Assembly: GCF_963506605.1 (NCBI RefSeq)
Contig: NC_083277.1
Location: forward strand, 54,064,001-54,128,000
Reading direction: 5' to 3'
DNA length: 64,000 nt
From: Zootoca vivipara
Lineage: Eukaryota
A program made the position numbers and the translations under genes. The notes under the pieces were generated by a model. That model was given only the letters and a program-made list of their open reading frames with translations, ran no database searches and was not told the origin of the DNA. Positions 63,835-64,000 of the stretch are shown piece after piece. How positions within the stretch are numbered: the first letter of the stretch is position 1; each line of letters begins with the position of its first letter.

Positions 63835-64000
63835 GGAAGCTGAAAAAATATGAGAATGGTGCATGGTATGAGGTGCCCTATGAAGATCATGTGAAGATGA
63901 CTAAATTGGATGGGCAAGTCTGGATTGCTCTCTATAACCTGCTCCTCAGCTCAGAATGTCAGCGCAAGTACAACTTCAATAATTTTAACAAAGGCCAGCT
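63835..64000 (+). CDS. ZMYND10: ZMYND10 coding exon 8 (truncated by window end)
   Basis: ccag|GG KLKKYENGAWYEVPYEDHVKMTKLDGQVWIALYNLLLSSECQRKYNFNNFNKGQ... Confidence 0.94.

Overview
Vertebrate genomic DNA, most likely from a squamate (lacertid-like lizard), judged from Sauria SINEs, Bov-B/RTE, a tRNA-Lys/CR1-tail SINE and hAT/Tc1 MITEs. The window is the ortholog of the mammalian 3p21.3 cluster. In order: last four coding exons and a long 3' UTR of CACNA2D2 (+); complete TMEM115 (+, 2 coding exons, 355 aa); complete CYB561D2 (-, 3 coding exons, 222 aa); complete NPRL2 (+, 11 coding exons, 379 aa), which shares a bidirectional CpG-island promoter with CYB561D2; first 8 coding exons of ZMYND10 (+, runs off the window). 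All exons were assembled by hand from splice sites, phase consistency and recalled ortholog sequences. Nearly all long ORFs in the supplied track are intronic, CpG-island or repeat artefacts. I see no wholly new protein-coding system. The most notable features are: a U12 (minor spliceosome) intron with an in-frame alternative acceptor in CACNA2D2; a burst of palindromic hAT MITEs carrying ZNF143-like motifs; inverted SINE/MITE pairs inside NPRL2 that could drive back-splicing or editing; a loop-less Penelope-derived palindrome lacking its hammerhead core; an apparent one-codon deletion in NPRL2; an RFX X-box/CTCF/uATG module at ZMYND10; and a clean solo LTR.
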